64,000 bases of DNA from the human T2T-CHM13v2.0 reference genome, Homo sapiens: the NCBI RefSeq assembly GCF_009914755.1, contig NC_060926.1. One strand, written 5' to 3'. Of the stretch, positions 28,866 to 47,546 are shown one piece after another. Numbering within the stretch: position 1 is the first letter of the stretch; the number at the start of each line of letters is the position of its first letter. Below the pieces are notes generated by a model. That model was not told the DNA's origin, searched no databases, and worked only from the letters and a program-made list of their open reading frames with translations. Both the position numbers and the translations under genes were made by a program.

Positions 28866-31371
28866 TATATTAGTCTGTTCGCACACTGCTATAAGAAATA
28901 CCTGAGACAGAGTAATTTATAAAGAAAAGAGGTTTAATTGGCTCATGATTCTGCAGACTATACAGCAAGTATGGCAGTATCTATTTGGCTTCTGGTGAGG
29001 CCTCAGGAAACTTAAAATCATTGTGAAAGGCAAAGGGAGAAGTAGGCACATCTCCCACGGCCACAGCAGGAGAAAAAGAGAAAGAGCGGGAGGTGCTACA
29101 CACTTTTAAACAACCAGATCTCACAAAAACTCACTCACTCACTATCACAAGAACAGCCCCAAGGGCATGGTACTAATTCATTCATGGGAACTCCACCATT
29201 ATGATTCCCACCAGGCCCCTCCCACCAGGCCCCACCTCCAACACTGGGGATTACAATTTGACATGAGATATGGTAGGGACAGAGATGCAAACCATGTCAT
29301 TTTGCTGATGGCCCCTCCAAATCTCTTGTTCTTCTCATATTGCAAAATACAATCATGCCTTCCCAGCAGTCCCCCCAAATCTTAACTAATTCCAGCATTA
29401 ACTCAAAAGTCCAAAGTTCAAAGTCTCATCTGAGACAAGGCTAATCCCTTCTACCTATGAGCCTGTAAAATAAAAAAGAAGTTAGTTACCTACAAGATAC
29501 AATAAGCGTATTAGCATTGGGTAAGTACTTCTGCTCCAAAAAGGAGAAATCAACCAAAACAAAGGGGATCCAGGCCCCATGCAAGTCTGAAACCCAGCAG
29601 AGCAGTCATTAAATCTAAAAGCTCCAAAATAATCTCCTTTGAGTCCATGTCTCACATCCAGGCCACACTGATGCAAGGGGTGGGTTCCCAAGGCCTTGGG
29701 AAGCCCTGCCCCTGTGGCTTTACAGGGTTTAGCTGCCACAGCTGCTCTCATTGGCTGGCATTGAGTGTCTGTGGCTTTTTCAGGAGTGTAGTGCAAGTTG
29801 TTGGTGGCTGTGTCATTCTGGGACCTGGAGGACAGTGGCCCTCTTCTCACAGCTACATTAGGCAATGCTCCAGTGAGGACTCTGTGTGTGCACTCCAACC
29901 CCACATTTTCCCTCCACATTGCCCTAGTAGAAGTTCTTCCTGAGGGCTCTCCCCTTGTAGCAGCCTTCTGCCTGGACATCCAGGTGTTTTCATACATCTT
30001 CTGAAATCTAGGCAGAGGCTCTGAAGCCTCAACTCCTGCACTCTGTACAACTGCAGGCTTAACGCTGCATGGAAGCCACCAAGCTTATGGTTTGCACCTT
30101 GTGGAGCAGTGGCCCAAGCTATATCTGGGCCCTTGTGAGCCACAGCTGGAATTGGAGCTGTAGCAGCTGGGATGCAGTGAGCATTGTCCTCAGACTGTGC
30201 AGGGCATCAGGACCCTGGGCCTGTCCCACAAAACCATTCTTCTCTTCTAGACCTCCGGGCTGATGATGGGAGGGGCTGCCAGGAAGGCCTCTGAAATGCC
30301 TTGGAGGCCATTTCCTTTCTGTTGTCTTAGCTATCAGTACTTGGCTTCCTTTTAGTTATGCAAATTTCTGCAGCCTGCTTGAATTTCTCCACAGAAAATC
30401 GGCTTTTCTTTTCTACCACATGGCCGGGCTGCAAATTTTCCAAACTTTTATTCTCTGCTTCTTTTTTAAATATAAGTTGCCAGTTTCAAGACATTTCTTT
30501 GCTCACACATATGAGATAAGGCTGTTAGAAGCAGGCAGGCTACATCTCGAACACTTCACTGCTTTCATATTTCTTCCACCACATACCCTAAATCACCACT
30601 CTCAAGTTTAAAGTTCCACAGATCCCTAGAACAGGGACACCATGCACCCAACCTCTTTGCTAATGCATAACAAAAGTGACCTTTGCTCCAATTCCCAATA
30701 AGTTTCTCATTTCCATCTGAGACCTCCTCAGCCTGGACTTCATTGTATATACCACTATAAGCATTTTGGTCACAATAATTTAACAAGCCTCTAGGAAGTT
30801 CCAAATTTTCCCTCATCTTCCTATCTTCTGAGCCCTCCACACTGTTCCAACCTCTGCCTGTTACACAGGTCCAAAACTACTTCCACCTTTTCAAGTATCT
30901 TTGAAGCAATGTCCCACTTCTTGGTACCAATTTTCTGTATTACTCCATCCTTGTATTGCTATAAAGAAATAACAGAAGCTGAGTAATTTTTAAAGAAAAG
31001 AGGTTTAGTTGGCGTATGATTATACAGGCTGTACAGGAAATATGATAGCCTCTACTTGGTTTCTGAGGAGGCCTCAGGAGACCTATAATCATAGTGGAAG
31101 ATGAAGGGAGAAGCAGGAATGTCTTACGTGGCTGGAGCAGGAAAGAGAGCATGGGGGTTTCAGGGGGAGGCGCTACACACTTTAAAGCAACCAGATCTCA
31201 CAAGAACTCCCTCATTCACTATCACAAGAACAGCAGTAAGGGCATGGTGCTAACCCGTTCGTGAGAACTCCATCTCTGTGATCCAATCACCTCCCACCAG
31301 GCCTCACATCCAACACAGGGGATTACAATTCAACATGAGATTTGGTGGGGACACAGATCCAAACCATATTA
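28866..31371 (-). mobile_element. Complete MSTA-like MaLR provirus: LTR 28866-29299, internal 29300-30935, LTR 30936-31371
   Basis: Two homologous LTRs of about 435 bp flank a 1.6-kb MST-int. ORFs at 29482-30840 are fragments of the MaLR internal ORF. Confidence 0.93.
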
Positions 31372-32665
31372 TAAATCTAATAAGAAGTTAGCCAAAAACA
31401 GTAGAAATTTTGAAGAATATACAAGTATTATTTAATTTATCCTTTTTATTTTCCAGTTTATATATGCTTTATAATATACACAATATAGTAGTATATTAGT
31501 AGACTATAATTAAGTAGATGCGTGCAATATGAATGTGTTTAGTAGTTAACTGATATTGTTTATAATGAAGCAACTTCTAAGCCATTAGTCTATAAGTTTT
31601 ATGAGCTTGTTTGTTCATATTTATCACTTAGTACCTAGCAATTAAGTCATGTACAGAATCTCTCAAAGCCAGGCCAGATGCTGTTTTCTTTATTGTATAC
31701 CACAATTCTAAAGACCCCTGTTTTTTGGAATAGAGTAGATTAGTATAATAGTCAATTCAGCCGAAGTAGTTAATATGCAGATATTGTGATAGAATTAGTG
31801 TGCTCATTGTATACAATGCATCATGCCATGGCCAAGCAGTGTGCCAGGGCAGAAATAACACTATGTGACTGAGAGCTGAGAGCTGTAAGGGAGTGAAAGA
31901 GCAGGCATATAAGAAAAATGCAAGAATGCAGAAATTAATGCATTATTATGGAACTAGTTATTTCTTGTCCTTCATGGCCAACTTGATAATAGGAGGATAT
32001 AATTAGGCAGCTGGTTATGATGGAATTGTGAGAGGTCACCTATAGGCAAGCTGAAGGGTCAGAATGAACATTGATAGTTGAGGTGCAAAAAACTATTTTA
32101 GGGAGGATCCGTAAAGCTGAAATCCTAAAGAAAAATTGAGTCAGAAAACAAAATGGATAACTGACTAGCAGAGACAAAAGCAGATGTAGAATCCAGGGTT
32201 GGAGCTAAATAGGTAATCAGAACTAAGAAGTCAGATACTGACTTGTATGGAAGCATGAGGGCAGCTCTTGTTATTTTTGTTAAGCTGTTAGTCTCAGAGA
32301 ATTTTCACTGGCCCAGTTGCAAATAATATATAAGTTAGATTTTTAAGAAACATGGTTAAACCACATTCTTCTTCCTGACATCTTTTGAATTGCCATAATC
32401 TTACTAAAATAGAATTCAGGTTAAAGCAGTATGGTAACAAATATATACAGTTATAGGTAAAGATTTGCTGTTATTAAAAGAATAAAATATTTAGGCTATT
32501 TTCAAAGATCTCCGATAAAATGTTCCCAAACTGCTTTTCTGGACTTATTATTTATTTTATGTTTCAAAATACTTTGGAGTCAAGCCACTCCTGACTAGAA
32601 GTATTTATTCATGCAAAACATGCATATTCAGGTGTCTATATTTCAGTGCCTATGCGTTTGATCTC

Positions 32666-33410
32666 TGTAGTATAATAAAGAATTTGGCTGGTCTCCATCC
32701 CCAGTTTATGAGAAGTAGCCTCAAAATCCTTGGAATTTCCTGAGTGACAGGAGTGTTTATGGTATTCATGGTAGACCTTGTTTATACTAGTGAGGTAACT
32801 CATGGTGGACTCTACATGTTTTATACTAATGAGATGACTCGGGACAGGTACTGGCAACACCAGAAAGACCAACCATGTGATGAGAGGATTGGGACTTTGA
32901 TATTAGCTCAATATCTGGGGAGCATAAAGGGGTCAGAGATTTGGTTTAATCACATGGACAGTGATTCAATCAATCTTGTCTATGTGATGATACTCCAACA
33001 AAAACTCTGGACAAACCTCAGGTGAGTCCCCTGGTTAGCAAGTCTCTATGCACTGTCATACATCAATATGCTGGAAGGGTATCCTGACTCCATGGGGAAC
33101 AAAATGGAAGCTTTGCTTTTCAGACCCTTCGAAACCTCATTCTATGCCTCATTCCCTTTGGCTAATTATATTTTTGTATCCTTTTACTATAATAAAGCTA
33201 TAATCATAAGTATAGCACTTTCCTGAGTTGTGTGAGCTGTTCTAGTAAATAATTAAGCCTGAGGGGTTCGGGGGAATCCAGTAATTGTAGCCAGCTGGTC
33301 AGAGTACGAGTGTCCTGGGGACCTCTGAATTTACAGCTATTATATAAGGTAAGGGCAATCTTGTGCCCTCAATCTATGAAATTTGGCTACTATGGTTAAT
33401 TGGCACCAGC
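32666..33410 (+). mobile_element. MER21-family LTR
   Basis: aatccttggaatttcctgagtgacaggag, ccagaaagaccaaccatgtga, aataaagctataatcataagtatagcactttcctgag. Confidence 0.8.
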
Positions 33411-33463
33411 AGTCACTGAAGTCTCTGTTTTCAAATGGCCCTTCCTTCACTTATTTACACAAA

Positions 33464-33649
33464 GCAGTGGTTCTCAAAGTGTGGTCCCTGGACCAATAGC
33501 ATCAGTATTTCCTAGAAACCTGTTAGAAGTAAAACTTATCTGGTTCCACCTCAGACCTACTAAATCAGAAACTCCAGAGGTGGGACAGGAAATCTGTTTT
33601 ATTAAGCACTCTAAGTGATTCTGATAAATATTGTATTTAAGAACCATTG
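33464..33649. mobile_element. MER5A
   Basis: cagtggttctcaaagtgtggtccc...cagacctactaaatcagaaactc...agaaccattg, with TIRs. Confidence 0.88.
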
Positions 33650-33675
33650 AAATAAAGAAACTTTACTCAACCTTC

Positions 33676-35099
33676 TGATGGGAGTTGAGGCCCGCCTGGA
33701 GTGGCCACTACCAAGATGCTGGCTGCAGCAGGGGAGGCGTGGCTAAGGCTGCATGTTCCGCAGAGCTGTTGGGGGCTAGGAACTGGGTGCAGCTGCAGCC
33801 ACCCAGCTGTGGCTTTGGACCCGGGCATCCCTGTGCCTTCAGGGGGGCCTGACAACCCCCACCCCCACTCCTGCAGGCTCAGAAGTGCTTGCTTCTGCTC
33901 TCTGGCCTCACCCATCTCCTGGCACATGGTTCAGTGCAGAGCAAAGTTGTGTTCGAACCTGGGCACTGTCATGACCTGGCTGGGTGTGTACATGCTTGGG
34001 GCAGCACAGACATGCCAGCCCCCTGCTGCCTTGTCCCCCTCTGGACTTTGGGTGCCACTGATCCTGGGAAGGAGGTGGGGGATGGTGAGGGCAGCTCGGT
34101 GCATGCCTGCAGGTACCCCTCAGCATGAACAGCCTAGTGCCATAGATGGCATGTTGATGGCAAAAGGCAGATGGGCTCCTGGGCAGAAAGGGGTGGGTCC
34201 CTGGTGAAACCCCACCTTTAAGCCAGAAACAGCTTGAAGCCTGGGGCCTGGGCTGCCATTTCCAGATTAAGTCCTTGGCCTAGGGTGAGAACTTATAGTG
34301 CTCTTTCTGGGCCTGTCCATAGCTGCCCATGGACCAGTAAGCACACATTTACTCCCTCTGACCCCATAAAAACCCAGACTCAACCAAACTCAGACAGACA
34401 TCAGGACTACCAGCTGCAGGAAGAAGCTACCCATTTCAGGTCTCCTGAGAGCTGTTCCGTTGCTCAGTGACACCCCTCTCCACCTTGCTTACCCTCTAGT
34501 TGTCCATGTACCTCATTCTTCCTGGATGTGGGACGACAACCCAGGATCTGCCAGATGGTGGGACTGAAAGACCTGTAATGCAAACAGCTGAAACATGCCC
34601 CCCACTCACCACATTGCTGATGATGAGGAGAAAAGAGCTGCAGCCCTTAAACGAGCCCAGACCTAGGAGCTCCCTGAGCCAGGGCTGTGATACTGTCTTT
34701 GGGGCTCTGTGATTCCTGGTGTCTGCAAGCTTCTGGGAGCCACCATGTTCCCCAGTACCCACAGTGGAAGCTGTTTGTGGTACACCTGGTCCATCCACAG
34801 CCTCGCATGGTGCTGGCACCTGTGGCAGCACCTGGAGCTGCCTACCACACTGCAGCCAGCAAATGCCTGCTCGTGTACAGTGGCTGGACCCCACACATGC
34901 CCACACACCCCTCGCTGCTCTCTGTGCCTGTCTCACCCTTGGCAGGTGTGGGATCCAGGCCGGTAGCATGAGCTGAGCATAGCCTGTCAGGCCAAGTGGG
35001 CTGAAAGAGCCCAGCAGGCCTGAGCAAAACTTGGGCAAAGATGCCACCAGCCACAGAGGTTTCTAGCTGGAAAAATGACACCCCAAGGATCCCATGACA
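33676..35099 (+). mobile_element. ERV1 solo LTR, MER52-like (about 1.4 kb, GC-rich)
   Basis: TG...CA termini. 4-bp TSD CTTC at 33672-33675 and 35100-35103. TATA-like cccataaaaaccc. Confidence 0.85.
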
Positions 35100-36297
35100 C
35101 TTCCATGACAATCACATTTCCCTTCCTGCAATGAAAACTTCCCAGACTTACAAACCTGGCATCCCCGCATGAGCTCCCTGATCTAATAGATGTATTCTAA
35201 TACAGCAGTTCCCAAATTTTGTTTCCAAGACAATCTTAAACTTCTGGAAAATCCCAAAGAGCCTTTGTTTACATGGACTATATTTACTGTATCAGAAATT
35301 AAAACTGAGATAATTGTAAAATATTTATTTTAAAATCTATTTAAAATAACAACAATGAACTGAATATGTGTTGGTATAAATAATTTTCTGTGTGTAAAAA
35401 AAAAAAAAGTCGCTGTTTTTCAAAACAAGTGAGAAAAATGGCATTGGTTTTTATTTTTGCAAATCTCTTTAATGTCAGCCTTAATAGAAGACAGTTGGAT
35501 TCTCATACCAGTTTCTGGATTTAAAGTGTTGAAATATGTTGTTCTAGTTGAATTATATTAATAAAAATTATCTCACATTGATATGTAGTTGAAAAAGTGA
35601 GAAATATGTTAATAACCTTTGTAGATTATTGTGAATATTATTTTAGTACTATTACAAAAATTGACAAGGGTAGTTTTTTTAAAGGTTAGCTGCAATGTGA
35701 AATTTGAAATTATATCAATGAAATCTTTGCACTCTGCTACATTAAAATCTTTTCATCTCTCTTGCACTTTGAACACATATTTTACAATGCATTGTTTTGT
35801 AACATCATGCTTTGTCATTTAGAAAATATTCATTCATTGAGTTAAATGAATGTCCTTGATGTTGATACATTTTATTAGACAATATCAAAATCACAGTTGT
35901 TAATGTTACCATTGTTCTCAGAAAAAACTTTAAGTGTTGGGAAGCCCTCAAGTAAACGGTGGCAGAAACAAATTTCCAAAATTCTAATTTTTTGCTTGAA
36001 AGCTCAGATTTTATCTTTGGCAACAAACCCTGAGTTTTCTTTGAAATGACAGACTCACTTCCTTCATATCCAAGAAACTGCCTGCCAAATACCCAAACCT
36101 AAAACACCAGTCTGCCAGTCATTCTTTCAAGTAAAAATGGCTTTTCATGGGAAAAAAAAAAGACAGCTTGTTTAGCTCCTGACTCAATCACACATGTGCT
36201 TTTCCTTGAGACAACTATCATACTTTGGTATGAAGCAGAAGTGGTTTATTCATACTTTCCATTTAATCACAGAGAACATTTAAAAAATATGTACTCA

Positions 36298-37614
<1,317 letters not shown>

Positions 37615-37882
37615 AGAAGCAGGATCTCACTTTATTGCCCAGGCTGGAATGCAGTAGCACAATCATAGTTCACTGTAACTTAGAACTCCTGGGCTCAAAC
37701 AAAACTCCCACCTTAGCCTCCTGAGTAGCTGAGAGTATAGGTGTGGTGCGGGCCACTATGGCTGGCTAATTTTTAAAATTTTTGTAGAGACAGGATCTCA
37801 CTATATTGCCCAGGCTAGACTTAAACTACTGGCATTAAACAATCCTCTTGTCTTAGCCTCCCAAAGCACTGGGATTACAGGT
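37615..37882 (-). mobile_element. AluJ-like; its T tail lies at 36308-36315 on the other side of the L1
   Basis: tctcactttattgcccaggctggaatgcagtagc...ccaaagcactgggattacaggt. Confidence 0.92.
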
Positions 37883-37912
37883 CAGGATTTAATAAAACTA
37901 GTTATTTTTACA

Positions 37913-37973
37913 TTTTATTTTATTTTAAGTTCTGGGGTATGTGTGCAGGATGTGCAGGTTTATTACATAGGTA
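37913..37973 (-). mobile_element. Very short L1PA (older subfamily) 3' terminus
   Basis: ttttattttaagttctggggtatgtgtgcaggatgtgcaggtttattacataggta. Confidence 0.75.
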
Positions 37974-37997
37974 TCCAGGACATTCTTAAGAGAAATT

Positions 37998-38039
37998 TCT
38001 CTCTCTTTCTCTCTCTTTCTTTCTCTCTCTCTCTCTCTG

Positions 38040-38073
<34 letters not shown>

Positions 38074-38080
38074 TTCTCCT
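37998..38080. repeat. (TC)n microsatellite
   Basis: Seen directly. Confidence 0.95.
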
Positions 38081-39059
38081 CCAAGTGTGTGGCAGTAAGA
38101 ATACAATAATCAAAGGTACAGAACAATTTGGTGTCACAGATGATATTCCTGCTAAAGCACCAGCAGTTTCACACACCATGGCTTCTGAATCATCTATGCA
38201 AATGTCAACATAGTGAAAAGAAGCAGATAACATCTCAGTGTAATTATGAACAGTATTTTGACCTCATGCTGCCTCTGAAAGGGTTTCAGGGACCCCCAAG
38301 GCTCTGTGGACTCACTTTGAGAACCCCTGATCAAATAGAAACCCCTATTGCTTAGTTGTGCTTACACTAGAATAGAGCTTTTTGGGGTCAGGGATTTTAT
38401 CTTTTCATCATTTTATTTAAAAAGCCTAGAAAGGCGTTCAGTTCAAAAAGTGCAATATAAATATGTAATGAACACATCAATTTAATGCTCACTATATTTG
38501 AAGTTTATTCTGTACTGTTTTGCTTTTAGTCTTCCCCTAGTAAGTGTCTATTAGCCAAAGTGGCTGATAAAAAAAACAAAAAACAACTGAAAAAAACCCA
38601 GACTATATAAAGTATGCCTCTTAGAAGGCTTCCCTCTGCATGTGGAGATATCCTAAAAAAATACGTAGTCATAAGAAATTGGCTCTAATTCCACAGGGAC
38701 ACTAATCTTCAGAAATTAGGATATGTTTCTGAAGCACACTCTAGTAATTTCACCATCAGTAAGCCCTAAACTGAGATTCAGTTTTTCCATGGAAACCTCT
38801 TTAACAAGTGATGAAAACATATTCTTTCCCTTTTTCTTTCTTTCACAAAAGCTTTCTTTAAAAAGGTAGTGTGGAGAGTAATTATAAAACATTTAATGTC
38901 CACTTACGCTTTCGAGTACTGTTTATCTTTTTTCAAAATTACCTGCTTCTTATTTCAAGTATTAGTCACTGTGAATAACATAATAGTATTTCTCACAGTA
39001 ACTCTATTTATTTCTCCTGTAAAGAACTTGTCAATGGTAAGCATAACACCTACCTCAAA

Positions 39060-39405
39060 AACTGCTACCCAAGAGCAAATGCCTCCACACCTTTGAACAT
39101 GCAGTTTTCTCTGCAAAGAATATTCTCTCTCCTTTTTCTGATAGGCAAAACCTTACCATTCCATTTAAGCTCCAGCTAAAAATTTACCTCCTGTCTATGG
39201 CCTTTCATTCTTCCCCATATGCAAGTTAAATTATGCCTCTGTTCTCCCCTGTGATTTATACATACCCTACTACAGTATCTTACAACACTTATCACAACAG
39301 ATTTTAGATCTTAATTTATTAGCAGGAATTCTGTAATTTTCAGCTTTGGATCCCCAGGACCATATATGGTACCTGGAACAGAGTAGCTGTTTAGAAAATA
39401 GCTTT
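39060..39405 (+). mobile_element. L2 3' fragment
   Basis: cctttgaacatgcagttttctctgc, ggtacctggaacagagtagctgtttagaaaata. Confidence 0.6.
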
Positions 39406-39756
39406 TGGGGTTATTGGTTTTAAAAAAGGAAACATAATTATCTTGTTGAGAGAATTGCAGTAATGTTGTTTTATCTTCTCATTATCACTAATATACCATG
39501 ACACATGCCCTAGTACAACATTCATGCCTAAGAGAAACTGTAGATTTCACAAATGCTGTATAAATCTTGCCTGGAGTAAATGCAGAGAAATAAAGCAGCA
39601 AGAAAAAATAATGAAAATCAATTAAAATCTTCAGTGTTTTTCAGAAACTTCAAGGAAAGGGTGCATTCCTAAAGAGAAAAGGAAGAACAGAAAGGAAGGC
39701 CAACTTTCTTCAAGGAAGGAGTGCATTCCTAAAGAAACAGCCCTCAGCCCTACTCT

Positions 39757-39890
39757 GCTACTCAAAGTGTGGTCCCTATCACTGGCAGCTTGGTAGAAAT
39801 GCAAAATACCAGATTCCACTTCCAAACTCTGCATTTTAACAAAATCTCCAGGAGATTTGTATGTTCATTAATGATCAAAAAGCACCAGTC
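39757..39890. mobile_element. MER5A fragment
   Basis: gctactcaaagtgtggtcc...tagaaatgcaaaat...ctgcattttaacaaaatctccagg. Confidence 0.75.
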
Positions 39891-40528
39891 TAACATCTTA
39901 AAAGTCTCCTTCATTCATATCTCTCATTTTAAAGGCAAGTTAATAGCAGCTATCATATTACTGATCTCTTAGTGCTTTGTGATTCTGAATTTCTGTCAAT
40001 GAGTAACAGATAAATTTCTGAAAAAGAAAACAAATCCTCAACTACCCCTATTCTCCTAAAAGGGAAGAAAGGACAGTGAAGATGAGAACAAAAGGGTCCT
40101 GAGGAGGATAAGGAAGAATAAAAGCAGCAGAGGGAAGACGCTTGTAGAAGGTAGGAGTCTGGAATGTCTATGATTTGTATGGCCAGTGAAAAAAGAGCAC
40201 AAAGCTTATTTTCTTTAACTGTACACTCTTGAACACTCTTGAAGAAAACTACTTAATTTGTTAGAATTGAAATTACACATATTCAAGTTTTTGGAAATAA
40301 TATTAATTAAAATTGCTATTGCTGTTGGTAAAAATAAGATCACATATTAGAAAAAACACTTTAAGGTCTCTGATCTTTAAAGACTATATTAATGCACTAT
40401 ATATTTATTATAGTTGTTTTATTTCACCTTGCCTGTATATGATGTGATCTAGCAACTCAGAGGGGTCTTAAAAAAGGTGTTTTTCTCTAAATTTATTAAA
40501 CTGTTCTTTGTGGCTCTAACTCACTATG

Positions 40529-40869
40529 TGAAATGGTCTAGATGTTGGAGGAACGGCCTGGTGGGAGGTGAATGGATCATGGGGGCAGATTTCTCCCTTG
40601 CTGTTCTCATGATACCGAGTGACTTCTCACGAGATCTGGTTGTTTAAAAGTGGGTGGAACCTCCCCCTTCACTCCCTTCCTCATTCTGAAGCCATGTAAG
40701 ACATACCTCCTTTCTCTTACCCTTTTTCCATGATTGTAAGTTTCCTGAGGCCTCACCAGCCATGCTTCCTGTACAGCTTGTGGAACCATGAGCCAATTAA
40801 ACCTCTTTTCTTTATAAATTACCCAGTCTCAGGTAGTCCTTCATAGCAACAGAAGAATGGGCTAATACA
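40529..40869 (+). mobile_element. MSTA-like solo LTR
   Basis: TG...CA ends. Perfect TSD CTATG at 40524-40528 and 40870-40874. Confidence 0.92.
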
Positions 40870-40960
40870 CTATGCTTAGCAAGCAACATGAACTTCAAGA
40901 AAAGTTAAGTACAGACGACCTAAGATGCCTCATATGTTACTTTTTCACAATTGAAGCAGG

Positions 40961-40984
40961 GTTGTTGTTGTTGTTGTTGTTGTT
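40961..40984. repeat. (GTT)n
   Basis: Seen directly. Confidence 0.95.
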
Positions 40985-40995
40985 TGCATATATTT

Positions 40996-45230
<4,235 letters not shown>

Positions 45231-45364
45231 ACATACCAGACAAGAATTAGCATGATTTAACCATTATATACTTATTTACTCAATAAAATTTTAGCAAATG
45301 TGAGATGAAATCACTTTGTATAATCTGTAAAACCATATTAAATACTTACTGGTATGATAAACAC

Positions 45365-45830
45365 TCTTCTACTCAGTTCAAGCTGCTGTAACAGAATACC
45401 GTAGACTGGGTGGCTTCAACAACAGAAATTAGTTACAGAGACTGTGAAGTCCAACATCAAAGGCACAGGCAGGCTGGGCATGGTGGTTCACGCCTGTTAA
45501 GCCCACCACTTTGGGAGACTGAGGTGGAGGATCACTTGAGGCCAGGAGTTCAAGACCCACCTGGCCATCATGCAAAAACCCCATCTCTACCAAAAATACA
45601 AAAATTAGCTGGGTGTGGTGGCACACACCTGTAGCCCCAGCCACTCAAGAGGCTGAGGCATAAGAATTGCTTGAACCTGGGAGGCAGAGGTTGCAGTGAG
45701 CCAAGATTGCACCACTATACTTCATCCTGGGCAACACAGCAAGACTCTCTTTCTCTCTCAAAAAAAAAAAAAAAAAAAAAAAAAGAAAGAAAAAAGAAAA
45801 AAAAAGGCACATGCAGATCCAGTGTCTAGT
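45365..45830 (-). mobile_element. MLT1A/MST-like LTR fragment split by an Alu
   Basis: gctgctgtaacagaataccgtagactgggtggctt...gaagtccaacatcaaagg...gcagatccagtgtct. Confidence 0.65.
45472..45802 (+). mobile_element. Alu (AluS/J)
   Basis: Full dimer with long A tail. TSD aaaggcacaggca / aaaggcacatgca. Confidence 0.95.
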
Positions 45831-46569
45831 TTTTGTTGAAATTCAAGCAAATCTTAATCTTCCCCAGTGTTCATCAGTTTTTCTTGTAAACTAATCAGGT
45901 GTTAATTAGCTTTAAACAATGCTTCAGAACCTAAGGAAAGCCTTTTGAAGACTTTTTATCAAGTCAGAAAATTTGGTTTCCATGTTTTTAAGTTTGTAGA
46001 CTTTCAGCAACAAAATTATATAATAATGAAAACATCCATTTTCAAAATGCTCTTTCCACAGCCTGTGTTTCTTTCAGGAAATAATTATTTTCTTTTTATT
46101 GATCAACTTCTTGTAAGATCTTAGTAGATTATTTCTCTTAATAAGGTTGATAAAGAGTTTGTACTGAGAGTAAAACAATTTGTCAGCTCTTCGTTTTCAG
46201 GTAGCTCACTTGCGGTTGCATTATTTGTAATATTTTTATTCAATCGACGTTCTTTTTAAGCCACTAGTTCATTTCTGAAGGCTTAGGTAAGTGGAATCTC
46301 GGGAAAAAAAATCCATAAGCCCACCTAAATGAGTCCAATGAACTCCTGTGTGTTCTAATAATACTGAAATGAAAGCTTTACTGACAACCCTTTCTCCAAG
46401 TTGAAGGCCCATCCTTCCCTTCCATGTGGACTCAATGTGAGAGCCAGTGTATGAGTAAATCTTAATGCCTTTCTTAGTTTTCAGATTAAAAAAAACTTTA
46501 AAAAGATTTCTAGAAATTTCTTCCTCCAACTTCAGTAGATGTCTTGAACATCTCACTTTGATGACTGTT

Positions 46570-47175
46570 TGTGATCATGTTCACCTGGTGATATTTTATA
46601 AACTTTCAAACTACTGGGTCATCCAGACCTACTGATTCTGAGTAGCTGGGGCAATGATAAGAATTGTCAAACAAACTTCACAGGTGATTATTTTACACCA
46701 CAAAGTCATAATATGCTTCAAATTAGTGGTTCTCAAACAAAGTAGAGGAACATGCTTGCATCTGAATCAACTTGGGATGCTGGTTAAAAATATCCAGGCA
46801 CTGAGTTCCATCCAAGACCAGCTAAAACCAAATCTCTAGAGATGAAACCTGGAATTTTGTATTTTAGAAGTGCTTTCTCAGGCGGGGCCAGGTATAGAAA
46901 CCATTGTAGTCTCTATCTTTGAAATGAGCTTTGTAATAAGACCTGACATTTTTCTTACTCCTTTCAAGATTTTATTGCTAGCAAGCTTTTAGAATTCTTT
47001 GAGGTTCTTGGTGTAAATCTGTGGCTCTCAAAATGTGGTTAATGGGCTGGCAGCAATCTGAGAACTTTAGAAATACTGATTCTCAGACCCCACTCCAACC
47101 TACTTTGGAGGTAGGGCCCAGGAATCTGTGTTTTAACAAACCCTGGCATAAGCTTCAGTTTGAGACAATTGGTTT
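46570..47175. mobile_element. Cluster of MER5-type fragments
   Basis: ccagacctactgattctgag, tagtggttctcaaac, ttagaaatactgattctcagaccccactcc...ccaggaatctgtgttttaacaa. Confidence 0.7.
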
Positions 47176-47532
47176 GGGTCAAATAGTGAAAATAATTGCT
47201 CTGCTTTGGAGAGGGGGGTACCAAGAGAGAGTTTATAATAAATAATTTCATGTTTAAGAACTAAATTCCTCAATAGATGCAATACTGGCAATGAAAAAAG
47301 TCACCTTTTCTCTGTGTGTTTTCCTTTATGTTGTGTGCTGCAGATGTTGGCAAGAATAGCAACATTTTACATGTTTGCAGTAAGAGAGTCTGAGATCAAA
47401 ACTGAGGAAATCTTTTAAGGTTAAATTCTCTCAAATACTTCCTTCCAAAGACCTTGTGCCAGCTTGTGATTTCCAGGCAGATGTTTTCCATTATACTGCT
47501 ACTGGGTCATGACAGAATCTCCACAGTTTGCA

Positions 47533-47546
47533 GTTGCCATGACAAC
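47533..47546. promoter_or_regulatory. Candidate RFX X-box
   Basis: GTTGCCATGACAAC, one mismatch from the palindrome GTTGCCATGGCAAC, in non-repeat sequence. Confidence 0.6.

Noticed and set aside
33676-35099. CpG island or gene with many overlapping ORFs
   Set aside because: GC-rich but CpG-depleted and bounded by LTR termini with a TSD. The ORFs arise from low stop-codon frequency.
39648-39735. CRISPR-like repeat-spacer-repeat (28 bp + 32 bp)
   Set aside because: Only two imperfect copies, primate DNA, no cas genes.
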